In this document: positions 11,401-20,457 of the stretch, piece after piece | Layout of the letters: each line of letters begins with the position of its first letter | Numbering within the stretch: position 1 is the stretch's first letter | Source of the DNA: Marmoricola sp. | GTDB lineage: Bacteria; Actinomycetota; Actinomycetes; Propionibacteriales; Nocardioidaceae | Direction of reading: 5' to 3' | Length of the DNA stretch: 64,000 nt | Assembly (NCBI GenBank): GCA_046598495.1 | Contig: JBKJIR010000005.1 | Coordinates: forward strand, 15,530 to 79,529 | Made by a program: the position numbers and the translations under genes | The notes under the pieces: generated by a model | Seen by the model: only the letters and a program-made list of their open reading frames with translations | Databases searched by the model: none | Told to the model about the DNA's origin: nothing

Positions 11401-13519
11401 TTCCACGATCGATGAGATCTCCACCAATCTGGAGCGCGCCAACGGCGATCAGGTCGCGGTCCAGATCCAGGACGTGCCGGACTCCATCGATCTGCTCTTC
11501 GACGGGGCGGCCTCTGAACTGGTCTGGGACGCCTCGAGCACGACGGGGTTGGTCTCCGCGCTCGCGCACCTGACCCCCGACACGATCGGAGGAACCCGCA
11601 CCTTCGACGCGGGCTTGACGATCACCGATATCCCGGTGCACTGGGACGCTTCCTGGGCCGACGGCAACGTGCTGTTCCAAGCCCCGGCTCCTGGGATCGG
11701 CTCGATCTCGGCGAAGGTCACCAACCACGGGGCCTACCACGTGCTCCCGGGTGATCACCTGAGCGCGTACTACGTGGAGTCTTCGGAGGATCTGGATGCC
11801 AGCCTGAAGATCAGTAACCTGCGGAAGGCGCAATTCACCAAGCTGACCAGCGGCAACGGAGGTGGCTTCGAGGCGGCCCTGCACATGGGCAACCAGGGCA
11901 CCTTCAAGTTCGCAGCTGATGTGACGTTGGCTGCCAACGTTCTCAAGGCCAGCGGTCAGTTCGACCAGTTGCCGTCGCAGATCGACCTGAAGAGCAGTGG
12001 CGGTCGGATCACCTATAGCGGCAACAGCAACCCGGATCTGACGGTCTCCGTCGAGGCCGGCGCGCCGGCCGCGTTGGCGGTTACTCCGGCAGCTCCCTTC
12101 GTCCACGGCGTCTCCGTGCGCGACGGGATCAGCGGTGGGCAGAAGGCGGTCAAGGCCAAGCTCTACCTGACCGGTCTCCCGGACAACCTCGATCTGAACT
12201 CGCCTGCGGGAACCTACGCCGTGAACGGGTACCACCCGACGATCGGAACCCTGGTGGTCGACGCGGTGCTCACCACCTTGGCGCCGCAGCCGCTCTCGCT
12301 CCAGGTGCAGCAGGGAGTGCCGACGGCGAGCCCGGTGGACTTCACGTTCGGGCCGTTCCTGACCGACACCCTGGGCGATGGGTCACATACGGTGAACCTG
12401 AACTACACGGCGAGCCAGACCTTGGGATCGTTGAACGCCTCGGCAACCTACGGCAATACCGACGAGGCAAAACTCATGATCTCGGAGATCCCGTCCTCGA
12501 TCAACGTCAATGCCGCTTTCGGGGCTGAGACCAAGACGGTCGGGATCTCGATGGCCCACGGGATCGCGGACATCACGGCGGCGTACAAGAAGGTCGGGGA
12601 CCTCGACTTCGCGGCCTCGGTGCATCTGCACGACGTGCCCAGCGCCGTGAACCTGGCGATCGGCCGAGCGGCTTCCGGCGACGGCACCGTGGCCACGCCG
12701 GACTTCACTCTGTCGGCCAGTTCGGCGGGCCTGGATATCGCAGCGACCGCAACTGCTGCGATCGCGGATCCCGTGAGTGTCAAAGCTGCGATGGATCTGA
12801 TGATCACCAACATGGGGAACCTGGTGACCGGTCAGCTCGACGGAACGACGCTGAAGATCGACTCGGCGCCGGCAACGGAATCGTTCGCGTTGAACGCCTC
12901 GGCATTGGTCGACCTCAACTTCGACCTCGGGTTCACGGCCGGACCGATCATCAACACCGGGTCGCTCGACGTCAATCTGGACATCCACAAGTTGACGCTC
13001 GGGTTTGAGAATGCCAGCAGTCTTCAGCTCGATCTGGGGATCACCACCGGCCTGAAGGGCAACTACAGCAGCTTCACCTTCGGGATCGACAGCACGACCA
13101 AGATCGTCCTCCAAGACACCGTCCGCGTTGTCTTTGAGAACCCGATCTCAGACATCGATACCGAGATCTTCGACGTCGGTCCGGTTCATATCAACCTCAA
13201 CAACGTGATCTCTCACTTCCGGCTCGCCACGAACCGGCTCGCGAACATCTTCTCGCTCCGGCTGGTCGATATCGGTCTCGGCTACTGCGACTTCGAGGTC
13301 AAGGTCCGACCGAGTCCGCACAGCAGCACTTCCGGTTCGTCGTTCACGGTTGGCCCACCGCCGTCCGACGGTTCCAACCCGCCGGCGTGGCTGATCACCC
13401 CGAACCCGAACTTCCTCGGGGTGTCGGTGCCCGACTTCATCGTGGACATCGTGATGTTCTTCACCTCGCCCTACGGGAACGCCATCGATGCAGGAGTCGA
13501 CTGTGAGAGTCGTATCTAG
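8423..13519 (+). CDS. Giant (1698 aa) secreted repetitive beta-strand protein of unknown function
   Basis: Signal peptide ending PTAALA; ~20 repeats of ~50 aa centred on [LIV]-P; six Cys; DVTGDDVPD Ca-loop-like motif. Confidence 0.85.
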   Translation: MRYKFLVSVISVASLGLAGFINPTAALAVAPPSVDGSAAALPTCSNPPDDPDATPENRDRFVELWSARFADQDWATAYAKLAETPSQILAEGFHDMSEDVQVWLEACLLDDLLAMSGKTATAEERERYLVGQHMLIFGKKTLEEMRESLTDKPEDDQVPPLDPNHDSATTAQDLADMSKRLVSDKSLTSADQPKADVTAPEQKVSTNSATETTPSLQQLLNAPPVATTSSQPQTAMAPASSPSGLDPHPITQLPLVPLVLAAVDSLLQLVATIQGVLFTLPVVNVLAAGFYKICAESPTMPLKCSISLPVGVGIPADVTGDDVPDVLGALMPVTNVADVGAKFQVTRLNNAAGPLPAHVFAVYDTPGSGKKRIQVGFDGRASTLAYNSGATFTVRNVLQALAGDVQVRAVVTSSMPGSTEALTFAVKSLIGGSAGNPPTEADPLAGSVQMNPFPEKFWVNARLTHTAAKDQDTFQVESTTPTRVDAVINQATTTTTPKSNRQFTATVDKLPQSVLVDLVRAGEKQSIDYTGSAPINLVRASDTATPNVSQPGSFTESIYEVKGVPTRVHVDLLGGEDIAYNANATVPEVGFSTRTLVANELQQRITAKAHGIPKSVHVVNTTTPTQTAFAYDADSNLADVELTMFDLADDKTDLRAKATSIPTHMEFVQHKDTGVYDFAANAGIGLIEATLTRNDGLVLPMPGDHATIYKRDDALGVDFRLSGFKSAHFDGSEDTTVEVGLSPGGQTFDVVADLDDPNVLATAHVGALPADMKVTLDPDAGEADYEASSIIPLLSASFTDRDTEMFGNATLTDLPKNIGLTFNTTGDVPEVTYDADSRLGSIDVNYSEKPGGLALHGLISDLPQYMKIGGIDPIEFDARTGPLAPKASSHLGQIFFQYATDGTFASPPTTDDHVYLDTDEVDSTHAELLYTGLKYLGVDTSNEELHATIKNASARLLRAYLTTPTLSLTGFIDKVPAQIDIAQVGNLISYDASSTIDEISTNLERANGDQVAVQIQDVPDSIDLLFDGAASELVWDASSTTGLVSALAHLTPDTIGGTRTFDAGLTITDIPVHWDASWADGNVLFQAPAPGIGSISAKVTNHGAYHVLPGDHLSAYYVESSEDLDASLKISNLRKAQFTKLTSGNGGGFEAALHMGNQGTFKFAADVTLAANVLKASGQFDQLPSQIDLKSSGGRITYSGNSNPDLTVSVEAGAPAALAVTPAAPFVHGVSVRDGISGGQKAVKAKLYLTGLPDNLDLNSPAGTYAVNGYHPTIGTLVVDAVLTTLAPQPLSLQVQQGVPTASPVDFTFGPFLTDTLGDGSHTVNLNYTASQTLGSLNASATYGNTDEAKLMISEIPSSINVNAAFGAETKTVGISMAHGIADITAAYKKVGDLDFAASVHLHDVPSAVNLAIGRAASGDGTVATPDFTLSASSAGLDIAATATAAIADPVSVKAAMDLMITNMGNLVTGQLDGTTLKIDSAPATESFALNASALVDLNFDLGFTAGPIINTGSLDVNLDIHKLTLGFENASSLQLDLGITTGLKGNYSSFTFGIDSTTKIVLQDTVRVVFENPISDIDTEIFDVGPVHINLNNVISHFRLATNRLANIFSLRLVDIGLGYCDFEVKVRPSPHSSTSGSSFTVGPPPSDGSNPPAWLITPNPNFLGVSVPDFIVDIVMFFTSPYGNAIDAGVDCESRI

Positions 13520-13537
13520 GTGACCTGATCGCCTACC

Positions 13538-13583
13538 GACCCGGCGTTTGCCCGCACGATCAGCTGCGGGTAAACGCCGGGTC
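13538..13583. terminator. Bidirectional hairpin terminator between convergent genes
   Basis: GACCCGGCGTTTGCCCGCA...TGCGGGTAAACGCCGGGTC, 19-bp stem with one G-T pair. Confidence 0.8.
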
Positions 13584-13608
13584 AGGGATCAGTCGGCGAG
13601 GGGCGAGG

Positions 13609-14727
13609 TCACCAGATGCTCAGCTCGCTGGCGAGGCTCTCATCGAGACCGGTGGGGGAGCGCAAGCGGACGAAGCGAGCGGACGGACGGCCGGAGGGTT
13701 GCACCACGATCGCGGCGCCGAGAGCGGTCTGCACGGTGCGATAGGCGACGCCGTCGTCGGAGATTTCGACGAGGACCTGTCCGGAGAAACCACGTGCCAC
13801 GATCAGACTGAGGCTGCGGGTTCGTCCGAGGTCGACGACGACACCGCTGACAACGCCCTTGCCCGCACTGTTGAGTTTGGCCGGTGAGGCAAGATCGCCG
13901 TCGGTGATCCCGCAGGCTGCCTTCGGTTTCACGCTCGCTGGTGTGGGTCCGACGACGGAGGCGCACGGCCTTCCCCGTGACGGCGGCTTGCCGGCTGTGG
14001 CGCGCACCGCCAACCGCTGCGAGAGGTAGTACGCGGTGACCTTGCCGGCTCCGGAGCCACCCGAGAGATCAGACCTGGCCCCGGCGGCGACTTCGCCGGC
14101 CCGGTCCTCGAGCAGGCGTGGGTCGATGGTGGTCGCGTTCCCGCTGACGTCCTGGCTCCAGAGCGCCGCGGCGCTCTTGCCCTGGAAGAGCTGCGCGGAA
14201 TGCGTGCGCTTGGCGCCAGCGGCTTGCGGGAGCGCGCGCCAGGAGAGCCTGATGCCTCCTGACCCTGGGGAGACTTTGGCGCCTGCGTTCCAGAGCCGGG
14301 CATCCGGTAGCGAGACCTCGGAGTCCTGGGCGGCGAAGGAGATCGTGGTGCTGGTCCCGTCGCCAGCGAAGACGACGTTCAACGTGGACTCCGTGCCCAG
14401 GGTCCCCTGGGTGTCTGCGCCGGTCAGGTCGAACCGGTAGCGGCCGTCCTGGTCGGTGGTGGCGGCCGTGGCCTGCCGACAGAGGGCCGGTGCATCGGGT
14501 AGGAGGCAGACGGTGCCGAGCGACCCGATGGCAAGGACCGAACCGAAGACGACCTCTCCGATGTCGGCCTGCTTGAACAGCAGCACCTTGGTGTCGGCGA
14601 GTGGTTTCCCACTGGCATTCAGCGCGCGTCCGGAAACCGACACGGATTGATCCGGGTCAAGGGAACTGAAGCTGCAGCCGGTGGCTGCGATCGAGAAGGT
14701 TGCCAGGAGGGCAGGAACGCGCCGCAT
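13609..14727 (-). CDS. Lipoprotein with carboxypeptidase-regulatory-like N-domain and discoidin (F5/8C)-like C-domain
   Basis: Lipobox AATGC; SGRALNASGKPLADTKV and TTDQDGRYRF; C-terminal VDLG..RSLS..., VEISDDG, ARFVRL, ELSIW. Confidence 0.7.
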   Translation of the reverse strand: MRRVPALLATFSIAATGCSFSSLDPDQSVSVSGRALNASGKPLADTKVLLFKQADIGEVVFGSVLAIGSLGTVCLLPDAPALCRQATAATTDQDGRYRFDLTGADTQGTLGTESTLNVVFAGDGTSTTISFAAQDSEVSLPDARLWNAGAKVSPGSGGIRLSWRALPQAAGAKRTHSAQLFQGKSAAALWSQDVSGNATTIDPRLLEDRAGEVAAGARSDLSGGSGAGKVTAYYLSQRLAVRATAGKPPSRGRPCASVVGPTPASVKPKAACGITDGDLASPAKLNSAGKGVVSGVVVDLGRTRSLSLIVARGFSGQVLVEISDDGVAYRTVQTALGAAIVVQPSGRPSARFVRLRSPTGLDESLASELSIW

Positions 14728-14771
14728 GCCTGTTAACTTAGACCAGATCGTTTCTCGAAGGAGGCCCCCTG

Positions 14772-15224
14772 ATGCGTTTGAGGATGGCGCTCGTGGTCCC
14801 TGTCGTGATGCTTGCCGGCGCCGTCGGTGCGTGCGGAGGCGACGACGAGCCCACGGGCGGCGCGAGCCCGAACACCCGGCTGAGCCCCACGGCGCCGTCT
14901 GATCCGTTGACGGAGACCACCATCTCCTGCGACAAGTTCGAGGCGACGGCGAAACGCATCAACGAGGCCCAGTCCGAGCTGTACACCAGCAGTGGCGCGA
15001 GCGCGGCGATCGAGGACCTCGTGGACGAACTGGAAGCACTCAAGGACGGGGCTCCCGCCGATGTGCAGACCGCGCTCGACGACCTCGCTGCTGGGTTCCG
15101 GGTTGCGGTCGACGTCCTGGATAACCCCACTCAGGAGAACGCCAAGAGGCTTCAGGACCTGGGTGATCGGCTTTCGGAGTCCGGCAAGCGGGTGACGGAG
15201 TACATCGTTTCCCAGTGCCAGTGA
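14772..15224 (+). CDS. Hypothetical helical lipoprotein
   Basis: Lipobox AVGAC; GAGG RBS; internal and C-terminal Cys pair. Confidence 0.75.
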   Translation: MRLRMALVVPVVMLAGAVGACGGDDEPTGGASPNTRLSPTAPSDPLTETTISCDKFEATAKRINEAQSELYTSSGASAAIEDLVDELEALKDGAPADVQTALDDLAAGFRVAVDVLDNPTQENAKRLQDLGDRLSESGKRVTEYIVSQCQ

Positions 15225-15231
15225 GCCAGGT

Positions 15232-16182
15232 TCAGGGAATCGGTGCGGCCTTGTCGGCGGTCCGGCGGATCACCTCGGTGAAGGTCTCGTAAAGCTCGAC
15301 CGGGAGGTCGTGACCCATCCCCGGGATCAGCAGCAGCTGGGCGCCCGGGATCGCCTGCGCCGTGGCGCGGCCCCCGGAAGGATGAACCAGACGGTCCTCC
15401 ATGCCGTGGATCACGGCGGCCGGCATCCGGAGCGACTGGAGCGCCGGGCCGCGGTTCGGCTGGGTGAGCACGGCCAGCATCTGGCGGAGCACGCCGGCGG
15501 GGTTGAGGCCCCGGTCGTAGGTGACCTCGGCGCGGACTCGCGCGGACTCGGCGGACTCGGGAAAGCCGGGCGAGCCGAGGACGAGGCCGACCTTCCGGGA
15601 GGTGGCGATGTAGGTCTCCCGGTCGCTCCCGCGGGGCGCGAGCATCACCGGGACGAGACGGGGGTCCTGCCACCCGACGGTCCGGCGGCCTGTGGTGGAC
15701 ATGATCGAGACCAGGCTGGAGACCCGGGCCGGGCGCGCGATCGCCATCGTCTGGGCGATCATCCCGCCCATGGAGACACCGGCAACGTGCGCCGAGTCCA
15801 GGCCGAGGTGGTCGAGCAACCCGAAGGCGTCGGCTGCGAGGTCGTCGAGCGCGTAGGGGGCCGTCACCTTCCGGCCGACCCCCGCCTGCACGATCATCGG
15901 CCGGGTGACCCGGCCCACGCCGCGGCTCGATCTACCGGTGTCCCGGTTGTCGTAGCGGACCACGTAGAAACCGTGCCGCGCGAGCAGGACGCAGAGGTCC
16001 TCGTCCCACCAGGTCATCGGTCCGCCGAGACCCATCACGAGGAGCAACGGGTCGCCGTCCTGGTCGCCGAACGTCTGGTAGCAGAGCTCGACGTCAGCGC
16101 TCACCGGCGCGAACAGCTCGCCGCTGACGACGATCCCGGACTCGGTCGGAGCGGGAGTGCGGCGGGAACGGATGCGCGGCAT
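15232..16182 (-). CDS. Alpha/beta hydrolase
   Basis: VMGLG, YDNRDTGRS, GVSMGG nucleophile elbow, HGMED, GMGHD. Confidence 0.9.
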   Translation of the reverse strand: MPRIRSRRTPAPTESGIVVSGELFAPVSADVELCYQTFGDQDGDPLLLVMGLGGPMTWWDEDLCVLLARHGFYVVRYDNRDTGRSSRGVGRVTRPMIVQAGVGRKVTAPYALDDLAADAFGLLDHLGLDSAHVAGVSMGGMIAQTMAIARPARVSSLVSIMSTTGRRTVGWQDPRLVPVMLAPRGSDRETYIATSRKVGLVLGSPGFPESAESARVRAEVTYDRGLNPAGVLRQMLAVLTQPNRGPALQSLRMPAAVIHGMEDRLVHPSGGRATAQAIPGAQLLLIPGMGHDLPVELYETFTEVIRRTADKAAPIP

Positions 16183-16309
16183 GGAAGACCTTTCGAGTCA
16201 GATGGTGCTGAATTCTACGCATTCAGCATCGCCGATTCATGCCACGAAATTCGTTGAGTTCCGTTATGAGAACTGTGCTTTCCATTACTTTCGAACGGTG
16301 AACTCACCG

Positions 16310-17164
16310 ATGGGCGACTTTCTCAAGCCCGCAGGATTCGTCGGCCCGCAGGGTCTGAGGGCGCTCTCGCGCGAGGCCAGTGTCGTCGCGGAGGCGGGGC
16401 GCTACGTGGCCCGGTCGCGGGCCGACCGCAAGGCCCGTGCGGCCCTCCCGTACGTCGGTCACCACCGACCGGCGTCCGCCGAACCGGTCCTGCTCGTCCC
16501 CGGGTTCATGGCAGGCGACTACACCCTCGCGCCGATGGCGACGATGCTGCGCGGGGCCGGGTTCCGGACCTACCGCTCGCACATCCGGATGAACATGGGT
16601 TGCACCCGCGAAGCCGCGGACCGGCTCGAGCGCCGGGTCGAGGCGATCGCGGGACGACGTGGCCGCAAGGTCTCGATCGTGGGCCACAGCCTCGGCGGCA
16701 TGCTCGCGCGCGGTCTCGCGGCGCGGCGACCGGACCTGATCCACGGCATCGTCTCGATGGGCAGCCCGGTGCTGGCCCCGGGTGCCGTGCACGACCTCCT
16801 CGCCCGGGATGCCGAGATGCTGACCCGTCTCACCCGCGCGGGCTTCGGCGGCCTGATGAGCGAGGACTGCATCGCCGGTGCGTGCGCCCGGGCCAGCTTC
16901 GAGGAGTCCCAGGCAGTTCTCGACGCCTCGGTCTGCTTTACCGCGATCTACTCCCAGCGCGACGGCATCGTGGACTGGCGGGCCTGCCTCGACCCGGCGG
17001 CGGTAGCGGTCGAGGTGACCGCCAGCCATGTCGGGATGGCGCTGGACCCGCTGGTCTTCGACCAGGTCCGGATCGCCCTGGACGGGCACCGGCTCGCTCG
17101 TTCCGGAGCGGCCGCGACGGACGGCGAGATCGCGCCGCTGCTGGCAGCGGTCGCGCCCGCCTGA
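16310..17164 (+). CDS. Esterase/lipase family alpha/beta hydrolase
   Basis: LVPGFM, GHSLGG, MGSP, YSQRDGIVDWRAC, SHVGM; start moved to ATG 16310. Confidence 0.88.
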   Translation: MGDFLKPAGFVGPQGLRALSREASVVAEAGRYVARSRADRKARAALPYVGHHRPASAEPVLLVPGFMAGDYTLAPMATMLRGAGFRTYRSHIRMNMGCTREAADRLERRVEAIAGRRGRKVSIVGHSLGGMLARGLAARRPDLIHGIVSMGSPVLAPGAVHDLLARDAEMLTRLTRAGFGGLMSEDCIAGACARASFEESQAVLDASVCFTAIYSQRDGIVDWRACLDPAAVAVEVTASHVGMALDPLVFDQVRIALDGHRLARSGAAATDGEIAPLLAAVAPA

Positions 17165-17168
17165 CCGG

Positions 17169-18086
17169 TCAGTGCGGCCAGGCGTCCGGCAGGTCGGCAC
17201 GCAGGGGAGGGGCGGCGCCGACCCGGGTACAGCTGAGTGCTGCCGCTTCGGCGGCAGCCAGGAGCAGGCGCTCCAGGGCCGCGCGGTCGTGCGGCAGCCC
17301 GCCGACGTAGTTGCCGAACGCGCCCCCCTCGAGCAGGGTGGCGAGGACGGCGGCCATGAAGGCGTCCCCGGCGCCGACCGTGTCCAGGACGTCGACGTCC
17401 GGCGCCCCGACGTCGACCGCGAGGCCCTCGACGTACGCGGTGGCCCCGCGCCCGCCGCGGGTCAGGATCACGAGCTCGGTCCGTTCGCCGGTCAGCAGCG
17501 AACGGGCGATGTCGTCGGGGTCGGCGCCCGGATGCAGGAGCTCGATGTCCTGCTCGCTCAGCTTGACCAGGTTCGCCCGGTCGGCCAGGGACTCGATGTC
17601 ACCCCAGGCCCGGTCGTGGTCGTGGTCGGTCAAGTGGCCGGCGCGCACGTTGGGGTCGTAGCTGAGGAACACGTCGAGGGCCCAGGCCTGCTCGACCAGG
17701 TCGAGGACGGTGTTGCGGCCCGGTTCCAGGACGGTGCCGAGCGACCCGATGTGCAGGGCGTCGCATTCCGGCAGGTTCTGGTGGGGGAGATGCCAGGCCA
17801 GGTCCAGCTCGTACGTCGCGTCGTCCGCGTCGCTCAGCACGGTCGCGGTCGGCGTACGGCCGTCGTGGTTCCCGATGTCGAGGAACTCGACCTCGTTGTC
17901 GTACAGGAACCGACGGATCCGCTCGGCCCGGGCATCGGTGCCGAGCTCGGTGATGAGCAGGGTCGGTGTCTCAAGCCGGGCCAGGCCGAGCGCCACGTTG
18001 AGCGGCGACCCCCCGACCGTCTCCCGGACCTGCCCCGCAGGGCCGCGGACGAGGTCGACGAGCGACTCGCCGACGACGACGATCAT
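17169..18086 (-). CDS. PfkB family carbohydrate kinase (fructokinase-like)
   Basis: GESLVD, GGSPLNVALGLARL, SYDPNVR, DTVGAGDAF. Confidence 0.92.
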   Translation of the reverse strand: MIVVVGESLVDLVRGPAGQVRETVGGSPLNVALGLARLETPTLLITELGTDARAERIRRFLYDNEVEFLDIGNHDGRTPTATVLSDADDATYELDLAWHLPHQNLPECDALHIGSLGTVLEPGRNTVLDLVEQAWALDVFLSYDPNVRAGHLTDHDHDRAWGDIESLADRANLVKLSEQDIELLHPGADPDDIARSLLTGERTELVILTRGGRGATAYVEGLAVDVGAPDVDVLDTVGAGDAFMAAVLATLLEGGAFGNYVGGLPHDRAALERLLLAAAEAAALSCTRVGAAPPLRADLPDAWPH

Positions 18087-18119
18087 GGTGACGCCGTGGT
18101 CAGCACAGCGTGGCCCGGC

Positions 18120-19145
18120 TCAGCGGTCGAAGTCGACGTTGGCGTAGGCGCGCAGCTTGCTGAGCTTGTGGTCGCTGATGATCTCGCGGATGGTGCCGCT
18201 GCGGCTGCGCATCACCAACGAGTGCGTCGAAGCACCGCCGGCGCGGTAGCGGACGCCCTTCATCAGCTCGCCGTCGGTGATGCCGGTCGCGACGAAGAAG
18301 CAGTCGTCGCCGGAGACCAGGTCGTCGGTCAGCAGGATCTGGTCGAGGTCGAGGCCGGCGGCCAGCGCGCGCTCGCGTTCCTCGTCGCTGGTCGGCCAGA
18401 GCTTGCCCTGGATGACGCCGTCCATGCACTTGATCGCGCACGCCGTGATGATGCCCTCCGGCGTACCGCCGACACCGAGGAGAAGGTCGACGCCGGTGTC
18501 CGCCCGGGCGGCCATGATGGCGCCGGCGACGTCGCCGTCGGTGATGTACTTGATCCGGGCGCCGGTGTCGCGGATCTCGCGGGCCATCTCCTCGTGCCGC
18601 GGACGGTCGAGTAGGACCACGGTGACGTCCTCGGGCTTGCCGCCCTTGGCCTTGGCGACCAGGTGGATGTTCTCCGAGACCGGGTAGCGGATGTCGACGA
18701 CGTCGGCCGCTTCGGGCCCGGTGACCAGCTTCTCCATGTAGAAGACCGCGGACGGGTCGTACATCGAGCCGCGCGGGGAGACGGCCAGGACGGCGACCGC
18801 GTTGGCCATCCCCTTCGCGGTCAGGGTGGTGCCGTCGATCGGGTCCACCGCGACGTCGCACTCGGGTCCGGTGCCGTCCCCGACCTCCTCGCCGTTGTAG
18901 AGCATCGGGGCGTTGTCCTTCTCCCCCTCGCCGATCACGACGGTGCCGCGCATGCCCACGGTGGAGATCAGGGTCCGCATCGCGTTGACCGCGACCCCGT
19001 CCGCGCCGTTCTTGTCGCCCTTGCCGACCCACCGACCGGCCGCCATCGCGGCGGCCTCGGTCACCCGGACGAGCTCGAGGGCGAGGTTGCGGTCGGGTGA
19101 CATGGGTGCCACGGCGAGCGAGTCGGGCAGGTGGGATTCGGACAT
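18120..19145 (-). CDS. glpX: Class II fructose-1,6-bisphosphatase
   Basis: [41 protein letters not shown]; start approximate. Confidence 0.95.
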   Translation of the reverse strand: MSESHLPDSLAVAPMSPDRNLALELVRVTEAAAMAAGRWVGKGDKNGADGVAVNAMRTLISTVGMRGTVVIGEGEKDNAPMLYNGEEVGDGTGPECDVAVDPIDGTTLTAKGMANAVAVLAVSPRGSMYDPSAVFYMEKLVTGPEAADVVDIRYPVSENIHLVAKAKGGKPEDVTVVLLDRPRHEEMAREIRDTGARIKYITDGDVAGAIMAARADTGVDLLLGVGGTPEGIITACAIKCMDGVIQGKLWPTSDEERERALAAGLDLDQILLTDDLVSGDDCFFVATGITDGELMKGVRYRAGGASTHSLVMRSRSGTIREIISDHKLSKLRAYANVDFDR

Positions 19146-19225
19146 GGGGCCGATGTTATCGGTCACCGGCCCTCACGCCAGACCGGACGCCCCGGCGGAT
19201 CGCGCCGCGAGACGCTCTGGATCGT

Positions 19226-19624
19226 TCAAGGTCGTTCGACGACCACGTTCGTCGACTTGATGGAGGCGATCGCCCGGGCCCCGGGCACCAGGCCCAGCTC
19301 GGCAGCGGCGTCGGCCGACATCAGCGAGACGACCCGGTGCGGTCCGCAGATCATCTCGACCTGGGCCATCACGGTGTCGCTCTTGACCGCGATCACGATG
19401 CCGGGGAGCCGGTTGCGCGCCGAGGAGGTACGGCGGCCGTCCTCGTCCGGGGAGTCGGCGATGGCTTCGGCCAGCGCCGCCAGCTCCACGCCGTCGATCG
19501 CCGCCCGGCCGTTGACCTGGCCGGCATTCAGCCGCCCCTGGTCGATCCACCGCCGGACGGTGTCGTCGCTGACGCCGAGGAGTGCAGCCGCCTCGGCGAT
19601 CCGGTACGTCGTCGCGCTCGTCAC
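19226..19624 (-). CDS. Excisionase/MerR-type HTH + TOBE domain protein (molybdate-responsive regulator type)
   Basis: YRIAEAAALLGVSDDTVRRW; SSARNRL, DTVMAQVE, IKSTNVVVE; start moved to GTG 19624. Confidence 0.88.
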   Translation of the reverse strand: MTSATTYRIAEAAALLGVSDDTVRRWIDQGRLNAGQVNGRAAIDGVELAALAEAIADSPDEDGRRTSSARNRLPGIVIAVKSDTVMAQVEMICGPHRVVSLMSADAAAELGLVPGARAIASIKSTNVVVERP

Positions 19625-19679
19625 GGCGCCAGTCTGCACCGGATGGGGCTCGTCTGGCTCCGGTTGGCAAGATGGGGGC

Positions 19680-20234
19680 ATGGTTACCGAAGCCGAGGCA
19701 CGGCGCATCAGGCCGTTCATGAGCGGGATCGTGGCGCTGGCGGTCGCGCTGGTGGTCACGATCGGTTGGTACTACCTCGGCCGTCCCAGCGAGTCGGCGC
19801 AGCCGGTCCGCACCGCGGACTGGAGCGCCTGGGTCGACGCGGGCCGCGCGGACGACGCCTTGCGGCTCTACGCCCCGGAGGCGTTGCCGGACGGCTGGCG
19901 GGCGACCTCGGCGACGTACCAGGGGGGGAACCAGGCCCGGTGGCACCTCGGCCTGCTGACCGACGAGGGCAAGTACGTCGGCGTGGAGGAGAGCTACGAC
20001 GACGCGGACGACCTCGTGGAGCAGTACGTCGACGAGAACGCGACCCCGGGGCCGGACGTGCAGATCAACGGGACGACCTGGCAGTCGTGGACCGACGGTT
20101 CCGGCGACTACGCCCTGACCACCGACATCACCGTGTCCGGCGGTCGGAGCCAGTCCGTGCTGGTGGTCGGGTCGGCGGCCGACGCGGAGATCGTCGCGTT
20201 CGCCGAGACCCTGCGCGACCGGGACGGGCGCTGA
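19680..20234 (+). CDS. DUF4245 domain membrane protein
   Basis: Single TM, PEALPDGWRATSA, WHLGLLT; position between glpX and xseB; start moved to ATG 19680. Confidence 0.8.
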   Translation: MVTEAEARRIRPFMSGIVALAVALVVTIGWYYLGRPSESAQPVRTADWSAWVDAGRADDALRLYAPEALPDGWRATSATYQGGNQARWHLGLLTDEGKYVGVEESYDDADDLVEQYVDENATPGPDVQINGTTWQSWTDGSGDYALTTDITVSGGRSQSVLVVGSAADAEIVAFAETLRDRDGR

Positions 20235-20238
20235 GAGA

Positions 20239-20457
20239 TCAGTCGTCGGCCTCGAGGACCGCGTCGAGCCGGGCGCGTGCTCCGTCGAGAGCGTCCTGGC
20301 AGGTCTTCGCCAGCTGCTCGCCGCGCTCCCAGAGGGCGAGGGACTCGGCGAGCGTCGCACCGCCCTGCTCCAGCGTGCGGACCACCTCGATCAGCTGTTC
20401 GCGGGCGTCCTCGTAGCTGAGCGCGGCCGCGGCCATCTCCTTGTTCGGCTCACTCAT
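20239..20457 (-). CDS. xseB: Exodeoxyribonuclease VII small subunit
   Basis: [28 protein letters not shown]. Confidence 0.95.
   Translation of the reverse strand: MSEPNKEMAAAALSYEDAREQLIEVVRTLEQGGATLAESLALWERGEQLAKTCQDALDGARARLDAVLEADD

Noticed and set aside
19226-19624. Excisionase-like HTH as evidence of a prophage or ICE
   Set aside because: Fused to a TOBE domain, so a regulator; no integrase or phage genes nearby
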